Origin: Myxococcota bacterium
Lineage (GTDB): Bacteria > Myxococcota_A > Polyangia > Nannocystales > Nannocystaceae
Length of the DNA: 64,000 bases
Reading direction: 5' to 3'
Assembly: GCA_039028615.1 (NCBI GenBank)
Contig: JBCCHT010000004.1
Location: forward strand, 96,001 to 160,000
The position numbers and the translations under genes are program-made. A model generated the notes under the pieces. It worked only from the letters and a program-made list of their open reading frames with translations, had not been told where the DNA came from and did no database searches. This document shows, piece by piece, positions 29,394 through 38,643 of this stretch. Positions within the stretch are counted from its first letter, which is position 1. Each line of letters starts with the position of its first letter.

Positions 29394-31700
29394 TTAGAGT
29401 TCGTCGAGCACGGTCGCGGCGGGGATGGGCAGCAGGCTGCGGTCCCACCGGGTCCAGCGGCCTTCTTCCATGTCGCCCGATTCCAGGATCGCGGTGAGCT
29501 TGTACTCGAACGAGGCGGCTTGGTCCTCGCGCACGATCATCGAGTGGGTGAAGCGGGTCTCGCCCCCGGGCTCGAGCAGTTGGCTGTGGGTCTCCTGGAT
29601 CACGCCGTCGGGCGGGTCGCAGCGCAGGTCGACCTGCAGGCCGAGCAGGCCGGCGGAGGCCAGGTTGCCCAGCACGATGACCCGAACATCGAAGCGCCGC
29701 CCCGCGGGCAAGACCGCGATGAGCTCCTCGTCGGTGGTGACGCGAGGACGATTGACCGCCTCGCCGCCCGCCGCGGGCACCAAGCTGATCGCATAGGAGT
29801 ACTCGCGCCGCTCGGGATCGATGATGGGGATGTCGACGGTCTGCGTGGCGAACTGCGGCCCGATGATCTCAACCGCCTTGCGCACGACCAGGTCGTTGTC
29901 CTCGTCGTCGTACTCGAGGTGCACGAGCACCCGCTGCACCTGGGTCGGGTCGACCTGCGGCACGATGGTCACCGCGAGGCGATGCGGGAACGGGTCGCCG
30001 ACGTACAGGTGCCGGTTTTCGCTGGTGGTGGGCTCGCCGTCCACCTCGCTGCCGTTTTTCAGGTGCCAGCGGTTCTTCACGGTGTAGGCCCGCGGCGCCT
30101 CGGGGGGCAGCCGCACCAGCCACCGCTCCCGCTCGCTGTCCTCACGGATCACCATGGTCCGCTCGTCCTTGAAGTCGGAGGCCTCGTGCTCGTAGGTCAG
30201 GGTCGTCTCGATCTGATCGACGGTCGCCCAGTCCACCACCCCGGGCTCGACCCACACCGAGAGCATCTCGACGTCGGAGGCGGGGTGCACCACCTGCGCC
30301 CGGCTGGTGGAGACCCGCCACGGCGTCTTTTGGTGGTTGTCGAGCGACGCGACCTCCTCGGAGCCCCCGAAGAAGTACTCGAGCTGATAGCGGTAGGAAA
30401 AATCGTCGTCGTCGCGGAAGGCCTGGAAGGTCTTGGGCTCGGCGTCCGTGGCCGAGAAGGTGGCCGTCCACGACTCGCGGGGGTCGTCTTCGGTGCCGCC
30501 GTACTGGATGTGCAGCAGCGCCGTCTCGAGGTCGAGCCCCTCGAAGTCGGCGGCCGTCTGCGCCTGCACGGTCATCGTCTTGAAGAACTGGTCGTCGAGG
30601 TTGATCTCGCGGATGTGCTTGGCCTTCTCGCTGCCCGTGAGCAGGGCCGAGAAGAAGCCGTTGGGCGCGTGGGTCCGCGTCTCCGGGGCGGCCACGTCGT
30701 AGTCGTAGGTGACCGTCTTGAGCTCCTCCTCGTGCTTGTACGCGAGCTCGAGCCCGACTTTGACCTTGCCGCCGCTGCTCTGGCCCTCGTTCATCCTCTC
30801 GCTCGAGGCCACCATGTCGCCGACTTGATCCATGGCGTCCTCGAGCGAGGGCACCTGCTGCTGGCTCATGCGCGGCTTGAACAGCTCCTTGAGCAGCGTC
30901 TCCTTGAGCAGCGTCATGGCCTGCCGCTCCATCTCGTTGACGTCGGAGCCCTCTTGCTGGCGAATGATCTCGACCTCGATCGCCCCTTGCTCCTTGAGCC
31001 AGGACAGCGTGGCCCCGATGTCGACCCCGACCTCCACCCCGTCGGCCTCGACCCCCACGTTGAGCTTGGCCTCGAAGCCGTCGTAGACCCGCTTGAGGTC
31101 CGCCCTGACCTTGACCGACAACGCCGGCCGCAGGCCGCTGAACTCGAGCTCGTACATGACCCCGATGGGCGACAGCTCGGACTCGTAGGCCTCCTCGAGC
31201 AGCGTGGCCGCCCCGGGCGTGAGCGCCAGCGAGAAGATCGCCCGCTGGTCCTGCATGAGCGACGGAGTGGCCGTGCCCAGCACCTTGCGAATGAAGCGAC
31301 TGCCCTCGGGGGTCGACTCGGCGCCCGACTGAGCATCGAGCGCCAGCACCTTGACCGTGCCCTCGGTGTACAAGACGGGCACCAGGCTGATGGGCCCCGA
31401 ACCGGGAGGCATGCGCGACTGGAGCTCCCGCTTGATCTTCTGCTTGGTGTCGTCGGCGATCCCGCAGTCGACCCCGAAGAGCAAAAAGCCGCCGCCGAGC
31501 TGGTCACGCTCGACGGCGCTCATCGAGCTGGAGCTGTCGAGGGCGTGCCGGTACTTGAGCAGCAGTAGGTGGGGCTTGCCGTCTTCGTCGCGGGTCAGCC
31601 GCGGCGGCCCGGCCAGGTAGTGGAAAAGCGTGGGAACGGCGTGATCGCGGAAGATCACGACGTTTTCGATCTCGTAGAAGGGCGTCTCGAAGGTCAGCAT
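29394..31700 (-). CDS. Paralog-array protein I (768 aa; closest relative of A)
   Basis: MLTFETPFYEIENVVIFRDH..FHYLAGPPRL; YDYDVAAPETRTHAPNGFFSAL identical to A. Confidence 0.92.
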   Translation of the reverse strand: MLTFETPFYEIENVVIFRDHAVPTLFHYLAGPPRLTRDEDGKPHLLLLKYRHALDSSSSMSAVERDQLGGGFLLFGVDCGIADDTKQKIKRELQSRMPPGSGPISLVPVLYTEGTVKVLALDAQSGAESTPEGSRFIRKVLGTATPSLMQDQRAIFSLALTPGAATLLEEAYESELSPIGVMYELEFSGLRPALSVKVRADLKRVYDGFEAKLNVGVEADGVEVGVDIGATLSWLKEQGAIEVEIIRQQEGSDVNEMERQAMTLLKETLLKELFKPRMSQQQVPSLEDAMDQVGDMVASSERMNEGQSSGGKVKVGLELAYKHEEELKTVTYDYDVAAPETRTHAPNGFFSALLTGSEKAKHIREINLDDQFFKTMTVQAQTAADFEGLDLETALLHIQYGGTEDDPRESWTATFSATDAEPKTFQAFRDDDDFSYRYQLEYFFGGSEEVASLDNHQKTPWRVSTSRAQVVHPASDVEMLSVWVEPGVVDWATVDQIETTLTYEHEASDFKDERTMVIREDSERERWLVRLPPEAPRAYTVKNRWHLKNGSEVDGEPTTSENRHLYVGDPFPHRLAVTIVPQVDPTQVQRVLVHLEYDDEDNDLVVRKAVEIIGPQFATQTVDIPIIDPERREYSYAISLVPAAGGEAVNRPRVTTDEELIAVLPAGRRFDVRVIVLGNLASAGLLGLQVDLRCDPPDGVIQETHSQLLEPGGETRFTHSMIVREDQAASFEYKLTAILESGDMEEGRWTRWDRSLLPIPAATVLDEL

Positions 31701-31709
31701 GGCGGTGAC

Positions 31710-33734
31710 TCAGTCGGTGGGGGGCGACAAGACGAGCACTTGGGAGCGGGCCTGCACCCAGTCTCCTCGAAGAACTCCTACGTCGGAGGTGATGAAAATC
31801 TGCCGATACGAATACGCGGGGTCGTCGGCGGTGGCGCTGCGGAAGGTCCAGGTGCTCTCGGGGGCGCCGGGGCGGAAGCTCAGCAGCTTGCTCCCCGCGT
31901 CCGGCCCGGCCGGCTTGAGCTCGACCTGCGCCATTCGCAGGTTGTCCATCGCGTCGAGCCGGAACGGGACCACGGTGACCGCCGCCATATAGGGATCGCG
32001 CACGACCACCACCGGGTCGTCGCCAGCCGACCATTGCTCGGTCTGGCGGCTGCCGTCGGGCCGCACGAGGGTCAGGCGATACTCCCACGCCGCGTCGGGC
32101 GGATGCGACCACGACTTCGACCGCCCGCTGTGCGCCAGCTCGAAGGCCTCGCCCGTCTCTTCCCCCACGATCCGCACTTCACACAGGGCGAGCTCGATGT
32201 CGTCGAAGGAGCCCACGGTGATGAACAGCACCTCGGAGGTGGAGGCGGTGGTCTCCGGGGGCCGGAGGGTCAGCACCCGCTGGGTGACCGGCGCCTCTTG
32301 CCACTCACCGGTCACACGCTCGTCGTCGTCGCGGTGCAGCCAGGCCACGCGGCTTCGCCAGGGCCGGGGCGGATGCTCGGCGGTCACTCGCGACCACTGG
32401 GCAATCGGCTCGTTGCCGTCGAGCAGGGCGACGTCGCCCGAGGACAACGCGGGGTGCTCGAGTTCCACCGACGCCGCCCGAAAATCACCCAGCGCCAGGC
32501 TCTGCAGCTGCAGCTTCACGTCGAGCACGCCCATGCCGTCGAGGTCGAGCACCACCACCGTTTCCTCGGTGTCGACCCACGGCATGCGTAGCGGCTCGGT
32601 GCGGCCGTCGAACCAGATCTCGACCTGGTAGCGCCAGCCCGGCTCGGCGCCCAGCGGCGTACGAAAGCGTGCTTCGGACGCGTCGGGCCCGAAATGCAGC
32701 GAATCGGTCGCCCCGGTGGAGGGCAGCTCCCAGACCATGCGCACGGTGTCGATCGGCGAGGACTCGAAGTCGACGGTGCAGTGGACCTCGACGTCGAGCC
32801 GGGTCTCGATGTCCGTGTCGACCTGCCGAATTCGCCCCGCCTCCTCGGGTAGGTTCATCGAGATGAGACCGGTGACCGCGGTGGTCGCCTCGAGCACCAT
32901 GCCCTGGCGAATGCGCAGGTCGAGGCGCTTGTTGGGCGGGCGCTGGACCTCGCGAATCCCCTCCTCGTTGGGCGGCGCGAGCAGGGTCTCGACCACGGCT
33001 TTGTTCAGCGCGAGCTGGGCGATCTCGGTCAGCTCGTCGACCGTCGGTTGGTCCACCGCGGAGTCGAGCACCTCGACGCTCAGCCCCATCAGCTTGCGCT
33101 CGCGCACCGTGGACAGCAGCATCGTGGGGTCGACCGGCTCGGCCGCGGCTCGCTCCGCCAGCACCGTCGACGCGGCGTGCAGGTCGGCCCAGGCCCGAAT
33201 CAGCACCCCGTTGACCGCATGCTGAAACGTCAGCTCGTAGGCCACGTGCAGCAGGGGCAGCTGCTCCTCCATGGCGGCGTCGAGCAGCGCGGCTCCGTCG
33301 GCGGTCAGGTCGACCACGAACGAGGCCTGGTTGTGAGCCGACAGCGAGGCCAGCTTGGGGCCACTGATCGATCGCAGCAGGTCGTCGGCCTCGCGCGAGC
33401 CAGCCACCGACAAGGCGACCGTGCCCGACGTGGGCTGCAAGATCGCGATTTCGGTGTCGGCCCCCAGCGCTTCGCGAACCTCCTCGAGCTCGGCCTCGGT
33501 CGGGGCCAGATCGAGGCTCAGGGTCATCACCGCGCCCGTTCGCTCCCTCTGCCCGGGCGCGCCGCGATAGCGCGTGAGCCACAGCGAGGGGTGGCCATCG
33601 GCGTGCGTGACCAGGCGCGGGGTCATGCCGAGCACGTGGACTTTGGGCGTCGTCACCGAGCGCTCGCCATCGATGATGACGTCGCGGAAGACCGACAATC
33701 CGCCGAGCTGAGTCGCACCGGTGAGCGTGAGCAT
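31710..33734 (-). CDS. Paralog-array protein J (674 aa; shortened core)
   Basis: Start reassigned to ATG 33734 (MLTLTGATQLGGLSVFRD); PRL..DGHPSLWLTRYR; four repeats. Confidence 0.88.
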   Translation of the reverse strand: MLTLTGATQLGGLSVFRDVIIDGERSVTTPKVHVLGMTPRLVTHADGHPSLWLTRYRGAPGQRERTGAVMTLSLDLAPTEAELEEVREALGADTEIAILQPTSGTVALSVAGSREADDLLRSISGPKLASLSAHNQASFVVDLTADGAALLDAAMEEQLPLLHVAYELTFQHAVNGVLIRAWADLHAASTVLAERAAAEPVDPTMLLSTVRERKLMGLSVEVLDSAVDQPTVDELTEIAQLALNKAVVETLLAPPNEEGIREVQRPPNKRLDLRIRQGMVLEATTAVTGLISMNLPEEAGRIRQVDTDIETRLDVEVHCTVDFESSPIDTVRMVWELPSTGATDSLHFGPDASEARFRTPLGAEPGWRYQVEIWFDGRTEPLRMPWVDTEETVVVLDLDGMGVLDVKLQLQSLALGDFRAASVELEHPALSSGDVALLDGNEPIAQWSRVTAEHPPRPWRSRVAWLHRDDDERVTGEWQEAPVTQRVLTLRPPETTASTSEVLFITVGSFDDIELALCEVRIVGEETGEAFELAHSGRSKSWSHPPDAAWEYRLTLVRPDGSRQTEQWSAGDDPVVVVRDPYMAAVTVVPFRLDAMDNLRMAQVELKPAGPDAGSKLLSFRPGAPESTWTFRSATADDPAYSYRQIFITSDVGVLRGDWVQARSQVLVLSPPTD

Positions 33735-33795
33735 GTCTGTGGACTCGAGGCGCAACCACCCGCACTCGAGTGTGAAGACGATACCATCGCGGTCG

Positions 33796-35085
33796 GTGAA
33801 GCGGGAGCTGACACAGTCCCTTCGGACCAAGCTACGGGGCCGGGTTTGGTCCCCTCCACTGCGTAGCGCCCTTCGCGATTTCGGCGGGACGACACAGCGA
33901 ATCCCGCAGCTCGTCGTCGAGACCACATGCGAAGCCGACGTGCTCGCGACCATGGCCGAATGTCGTGAACGCGGCCTGCCGCTGGTCGTGCGAGGGGCCG
34001 GTCATTCGTGCGGCGGCCAGTCGCTCGGCGAGGGTGGCGTGGTGCTGTGGAACCGCAGTGACGTTGCCGATGCCCGGCTCGAAGGCGACGAAGTCGAGGT
34101 CTCCGGGCGCACCACCTGGAACGCGCTCGAGGCCTTCCTCGGGGCGCGCGACCGAACGCCGTTGGTCATGCCCGATCACCTCGATCTGACGGTGGGCGGC
34201 ACGCTGTCGGTGGGTGGCTACGGCGTGCGCTCGGTGGCCTGGGGCAGCCAAGTCGATCGCGTACGCTCGCTTCGACTGATTACTCCCGACAGCAATGCCC
34301 GCTGGCTCGACGCCACCGATCCGCTGGCCCGGCATGCCCTGGCCGGGTTGGGCCGCGTGGGCGTGATCGAACGCGTCCGCATGAGCACCGCTCCTCGCCG
34401 CCCCGCCGTTCGCTGGTGCACCCGCGAGTTCACGAGCCTCGCGGGGCTGGCCGCGTGGATGCACTGGGTCGAGGCCGAGACCGCCGACAACCTGTGGATC
34501 GACGCCTGGCACGAGGGCGATACCGCCACCGCGGAGTGGGGTATCGAGGCCCCCGATCGCGCGACGGCCAAGGCCGCCACCGTCCCGGGGCCACCGCCGC
34601 AGCAGGACGCGATCGCCTGGCACCTCCCGCTGCGCTTGCACGACCAGCGCTCGCGGTGGGTCGCCAGCTTTCCCCGGCATCGCCGGCTGTGGGTCGACTA
34701 CATGCTGCCCCACGGGCCCTTCGTGCAGCTGTGCGAGTTCCTCGATCGAGCGCGCATCGACGGGAGCCCCAGCCCGAACGCGGTCTATGTGCTCGCCAGT
34801 CGGCTGCCCCCGAAACACGAGCCCGCCGTGTACTCGCCCTCCCCGTGGCCGATGAGCTACGGCGTCGGGGCGTACTTCATGGTGCATCCCGATCGAAGTA
34901 CGGCCGAGGTCGAAGCGGCGCTGCTGCGCTTTGCCGACGAAGCGCGGCGCCTGGGCGGCCGACCCTATCGGTACGGGTGGGGCGCCCGAGCTCCTCAGGA
35001 CGAAGCGATGACCGAGCTGCGGCGTCGAGTCGGAGCCGAGCCTTGGTTTGCGCCCCTCAGCCCTCCGTCGGCATCGCGGCCATGA
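33796..35085 (+). CDS. FAD-binding oxidoreductase (VAO/PCMH family, cytokinin-dehydrogenase-like)
   Basis: DFGG, RGAGHSCGGQS, DHLDLTVGGTLSVGG, LAGLGRVGVI; probable GTG start at 33796. Confidence 0.85.
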   Translation: MKRELTQSLRTKLRGRVWSPPLRSALRDFGGTTQRIPQLVVETTCEADVLATMAECRERGLPLVVRGAGHSCGGQSLGEGGVVLWNRSDVADARLEGDEVEVSGRTTWNALEAFLGARDRTPLVMPDHLDLTVGGTLSVGGYGVRSVAWGSQVDRVRSLRLITPDSNARWLDATDPLARHALAGLGRVGVIERVRMSTAPRRPAVRWCTREFTSLAGLAAWMHWVEAETADNLWIDAWHEGDTATAEWGIEAPDRATAKAATVPGPPPQQDAIAWHLPLRLHDQRSRWVASFPRHRRLWVDYMLPHGPFVQLCEFLDRARIDGSPSPNAVYVLASRLPPKHEPAVYSPSPWPMSYGVGAYFMVHPDRSTAEVEAALLRFADEARRLGGRPYRYGWGARAPQDEAMTELRRRVGAEPWFAPLSPPSASRP

Positions 35086-37291
35086 CCAGCAGCCGGCCCG
35101 CGCTCTCTTCCACCCACTGGCTGGGCGCGGCGGTGCCATCGGGCCCAAACCGCGTCACGCGATACCTCAGCGCCGATCCCTGCGGCGGATCGCTGGGCAC
35201 CATGAGCGGCCCCCCCTCGCGTCGAGACTGCGTGAACACGACCGAGTCGATCACCGTGTTGGCGTCGTCGACGACATCGACTCGCACCGCGATCACTCCG
35301 TGATCGATGAGCCGCGGCCCGGCGAGCAGGCGGATCGGCACCTGGCGATGCTCGCCCTCGCGGTCCCGCACGATCACGACCGCGTCCGTGGTCTCGAAGT
35401 TGCGCTCGAAGAACCCGCCCTCGCCATCGACCACCGCGATGGCGACCTGCACGGGCGGCGGCTGCTCGGACATCGAAGGCAAGCGGACGACCTTGGCCCC
35501 GCGCTCGCCGGGCAGGAACGCGACCGAGGCCTCGCGGAGCTGGCCGCCGTCGTCCATCGACAGGGTGACCGATGCGTCCATGACGTCGGGCGGGAGCAAG
35601 GGAAACACGCGAACCTCCCGGTGGCTCCGCCACGGGCTGCCCACCAGCACGATGCGCCCGGCCAGGGGTGCCCACTCGCCTTCGGTCTGCGTGCCATCGG
35701 CATGAAACCACGTGCAGCGCGTCTCGATGACCGGACCGCGGGGCGCCGACTCTTCGTCCTCGGGCGTCTCCGCGGTCTCGGGTGGCTCGGGCGGCTCCAG
35801 GCGCCGACGCACGGTCACGCTGGGCGTCGACTCGGACAGCTTCTCGTTGGCGATTTCTTCCCCGTCGACCCGCACCTGGACCTGCACCTGCGGCGTGTCC
35901 TCGAACGACATCGACCCCGCAGCCAGCTCCAGCTCCAGCCGTGGCACGCCCGAAAGCGGGTGCACCAACAGCTCGAAGGCCCCCGTAGTCACCCACTCGC
36001 CGTTGAACGAGGCCGGGCCGGGCCACGGACCCTCACTCGCGAACAGGACCTCCCGCTGGGTCTGATACTGGCGCGAGCCCCCGTTGGTGTAGGTCGCGAA
36101 GTTGCGAGGCTCCGGTTGCCCCGGCTCGAACACGAAGGTGGCCCGGGTGGCGTCGGGCTGGGCCTGGTCGGGGTACGCCATCTGCACCACCAGGCGCTGC
36201 ACGCCGAGGCTCTCGAAGTCCCCCTGTGCGCGCACGGGCACGTCGAGCTTCTTCCACAGGTCGTCGTCTGGATCGACCTCGACCCGGCGGGTGCGCTCGC
36301 CGAGCTCGGACAGCAAGCCCTGCGGCGCGATGGTGCGAGTCTGGGCCTTGGCCTCGGACCAGTCGATCTCGATGATCCGACGCTCCTCCTGATTCAGTTC
36401 CTTCAGTGACAACTCGGCGCTGAAATTGGCGTGCGTACGGGTGCCGTTCGCCGCGGAGTCCTCCGCCGCATCGACGACATCGCCGAGCACCCGATCCACC
36501 GGGTTGCCGGAGCCCGTCAGTCGCCGCTCGAACATCGCGTCGATGATCTCCTCTTGGAACCACTTCAGCGTTCGATCGATGCGCTCGCGCAGCGCGTCGT
36601 CGTCCTCGAAGCGCAAGATCTCGATCTCGATCGCGCCCTCCTCCACGAGCTTACGGGTCGACGAGCTCACGTTGGCCTTGGCCCCGACCTCGTCGTGCGC
36701 CACCCCGACGTCGAGATTGGCCGAAAGCTCGTCGTGGATGCGCCCGTAGTCGGCCCGCACCCGAGCCTCCAGAGACGGCCGTAAACCCACGAATTCGAGC
36801 TCGTAGCGGACGCCCAGCCCGCCGGGGCCATCGGGGGCCAGCATCGCCTCGACCAGCTGCGCTCCGTCTTCGCTCAGCTGCAGCGAGAACACGGCCCGAT
36901 TGCGACCGAGCAGTTCCGGGGTCACATCGCCGAAGAGTCGCTCGACGAAGCCGTCCCCCTCGGCCAGCGCCGCCACGAACACCGCCTTGCCGTCGCGAAA
37001 ATCCACGGGCTGCAGCTGCGCCTGCGGCATGCCCTGGGCGCTGAGGTACTGCCGTGCCTCGTCGAGCTGGTCCTCGCTCGCGGTCAGCTCCGTGGACAGC
37101 AATAGCAGCCCCGCCCCGTCGTCGCGCGTGGGATCGTGACCGCGAACCTTGATGAACGAGACCGGGGTGGCGTCGTCCGACTGCGCCAATGCCGGCTGCG
37201 TCGGCAGGTAGTGCACCCGCTGCGGCAACGCATGATCGCGATACAGCGACAACCCAGCCACTACACCGATCGGTTCATCGAGATTGAGCAC
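35057..37291 (-). CDS. Paralog-array protein K (744 aa)
   Basis: MLNLDEPIGVVAGLSLYRDH..VHYLP; YELEFVGLRPSL; GAIEIEI; APQGLL. Confidence 0.9.
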   Translation of the reverse strand: MLNLDEPIGVVAGLSLYRDHALPQRVHYLPTQPALAQSDDATPVSFIKVRGHDPTRDDGAGLLLLSTELTASEDQLDEARQYLSAQGMPQAQLQPVDFRDGKAVFVAALAEGDGFVERLFGDVTPELLGRNRAVFSLQLSEDGAQLVEAMLAPDGPGGLGVRYELEFVGLRPSLEARVRADYGRIHDELSANLDVGVAHDEVGAKANVSSSTRKLVEEGAIEIEILRFEDDDALRERIDRTLKWFQEEIIDAMFERRLTGSGNPVDRVLGDVVDAAEDSAANGTRTHANFSAELSLKELNQEERRIIEIDWSEAKAQTRTIAPQGLLSELGERTRRVEVDPDDDLWKKLDVPVRAQGDFESLGVQRLVVQMAYPDQAQPDATRATFVFEPGQPEPRNFATYTNGGSRQYQTQREVLFASEGPWPGPASFNGEWVTTGAFELLVHPLSGVPRLELELAAGSMSFEDTPQVQVQVRVDGEEIANEKLSESTPSVTVRRRLEPPEPPETAETPEDEESAPRGPVIETRCTWFHADGTQTEGEWAPLAGRIVLVGSPWRSHREVRVFPLLPPDVMDASVTLSMDDGGQLREASVAFLPGERGAKVVRLPSMSEQPPPVQVAIAVVDGEGGFFERNFETTDAVVIVRDREGEHRQVPIRLLAGPRLIDHGVIAVRVDVVDDANTVIDSVVFTQSRREGGPLMVPSDPPQGSALRYRVTRFGPDGTAAPSQWVEESAGRLLVMAAMPTEG

Positions 37292-37436
37292 GACGCGAAC
37301 ATATCACCGTAACTACATGGAGCTGGCTTACAGGCGCGTGGTTCGATGCATCAAAACCGCGCCGACCTACGGTTCGATTTGGATTTGTCGCGAATGCTTG
37401 GTTGACCCGGCCCATCGGCCCACTAAGCTCAGCGGC

Positions 37437-38267
37437 GTGAAGCCTCACTCACTGCTGTGTCTCGTGTTCATGCTCGGCGGGCCTGGGTGCGCCCGAGAGA
37501 ACCCGGCGTTCGACGGCGGTGCGTCGGGTACGGGCGGCGCCGATGCGGGCGCGAGCGGTGGACAGCTGACCTCGGCCGGTCCGGGCGGTCAGTCGGCCAG
37601 CGCCTCGGGCAGCGCATCGCAGGGGCAGACCAGCGGCGCCAGCAGTGCGGCCTCCGTCGACGACACGGGCGACGGCCCCGGCGGTTCCGCGGCGAGCGAC
37701 CCCGGGACCAGCGAGAGCGGCGAGGCCATGGAGGAGGTGACCGGCGACGGGCCCCCGGAGGAACTCATCGTCTACTCCACCCAGCCCATCGTGGGGTCCT
37801 TCGCGTCCGACCCGGAGCATGCGTTGGACATCGGCAGCGACGTCTGCCGTGAAGTGGCCAATACCCTGCTGCCCGAGCTCGACTGCGATCGAACCTGGCC
37901 CGTGCTCGGGATGTTCGAGCGCCCGGTCGAAGGCCTGCTCGACGCCCCGGGCGGCACAGACCTGCTCGAAGGCATCGTCGTCGCCCCCGATGGGACGCTG
38001 GTGGCCGAAGATTTCATCGCGCTGTCGCAGGCCGAGGTGACCCCCGACTTCGCCAATGCGGTCACCGATCACCTGCCCGATGCGGTCGGTGACATCGGCA
38101 TGTGGTGGGGGCAGAGCGCCGACGGCATGCCCGCGCAGCAGTGCGGCAACTGGCACGAGATTCAGTTCGCCGGCACGCTCGTGTTCTGGGACGAGGCCTC
38201 GGGCAACATCGTCACCGAGGACCAAGGCTGCGGCAACGCCTACCACATGCTGTGCGTGTGCTTCTGA
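37437..38267 (+). CDS. Lipoprotein with Gly/Ser linker and divergent DUF1554-like Cys domain
   Basis: GTG 37437, signal ending GPGC; PDGTLVA, WWGQSADG..CGNW, C-terminal LCVC. Confidence 0.65.
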   Translation: MKPHSLLCLVFMLGGPGCARENPAFDGGASGTGGADAGASGGQLTSAGPGGQSASASGSASQGQTSGASSAASVDDTGDGPGGSAASDPGTSESGEAMEEVTGDGPPEELIVYSTQPIVGSFASDPEHALDIGSDVCREVANTLLPELDCDRTWPVLGMFERPVEGLLDAPGGTDLLEGIVVAPDGTLVAEDFIALSQAEVTPDFANAVTDHLPDAVGDIGMWWGQSADGMPAQQCGNWHEIQFAGTLVFWDEASGNIVTEDQGCGNAYHMLCVCF

Positions 38268-38277
38268 GCCCTCGGTC

Positions 38278-38610
38278 TCACACTCCGGGCGGCAGCGTGT
38301 CCAGCGTCCGCACGAGCCGACGACACGCGTAGAACACGGTGTCGCGGTGGCGACGCTCCAGCTCCATGAGTTCGCGGTCGGCTCGATGGAGCGCCTTGGC
38401 CTCCCACATCTCGCGGGCCTCGCCGATGGGCAGGTGCTCGACCTCGTCGAGCAGTCGCTCCAGCGCCTGCACATCCCGATCGCCCGCGAGCGGAGGCACC
38501 TGCTCCACGAGCTTCAGCAGGGCGACGACGCCATCGAACAAGGGGATGCGGTTGCGCTGCATGTCCTCGATGCATAGGCGGATGCGCATCGACGTGGGGA
38601 CGGTGTTCAT
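38278..38610 (-). CDS. Small DUF2489-like protein (110 aa)
   Basis: ATG 38610; EHLPIGEAREMW..ALHRAD.E..ACRRL pattern. Confidence 0.65.
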   Translation of the reverse strand: MNTVPTSMRIRLCIEDMQRNRIPLFDGVVALLKLVEQVPPLAGDRDVQALERLLDEVEHLPIGEAREMWEAKALHRADRELMELERRHRDTVFYACRRLVRTLDTLPPGV

Positions 38611-38643
38611 GGGCCGCGGTATGATAGCCGAGTCGGCGGTCGC

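Noticed and set aside
1673..37291. Paralog array as a prophage, eCIS or T6SS locus
   Set aside because: No recognisable sheath, tube, baseplate, VgrG/PAAR, ATPase, terminase or integrase motifs
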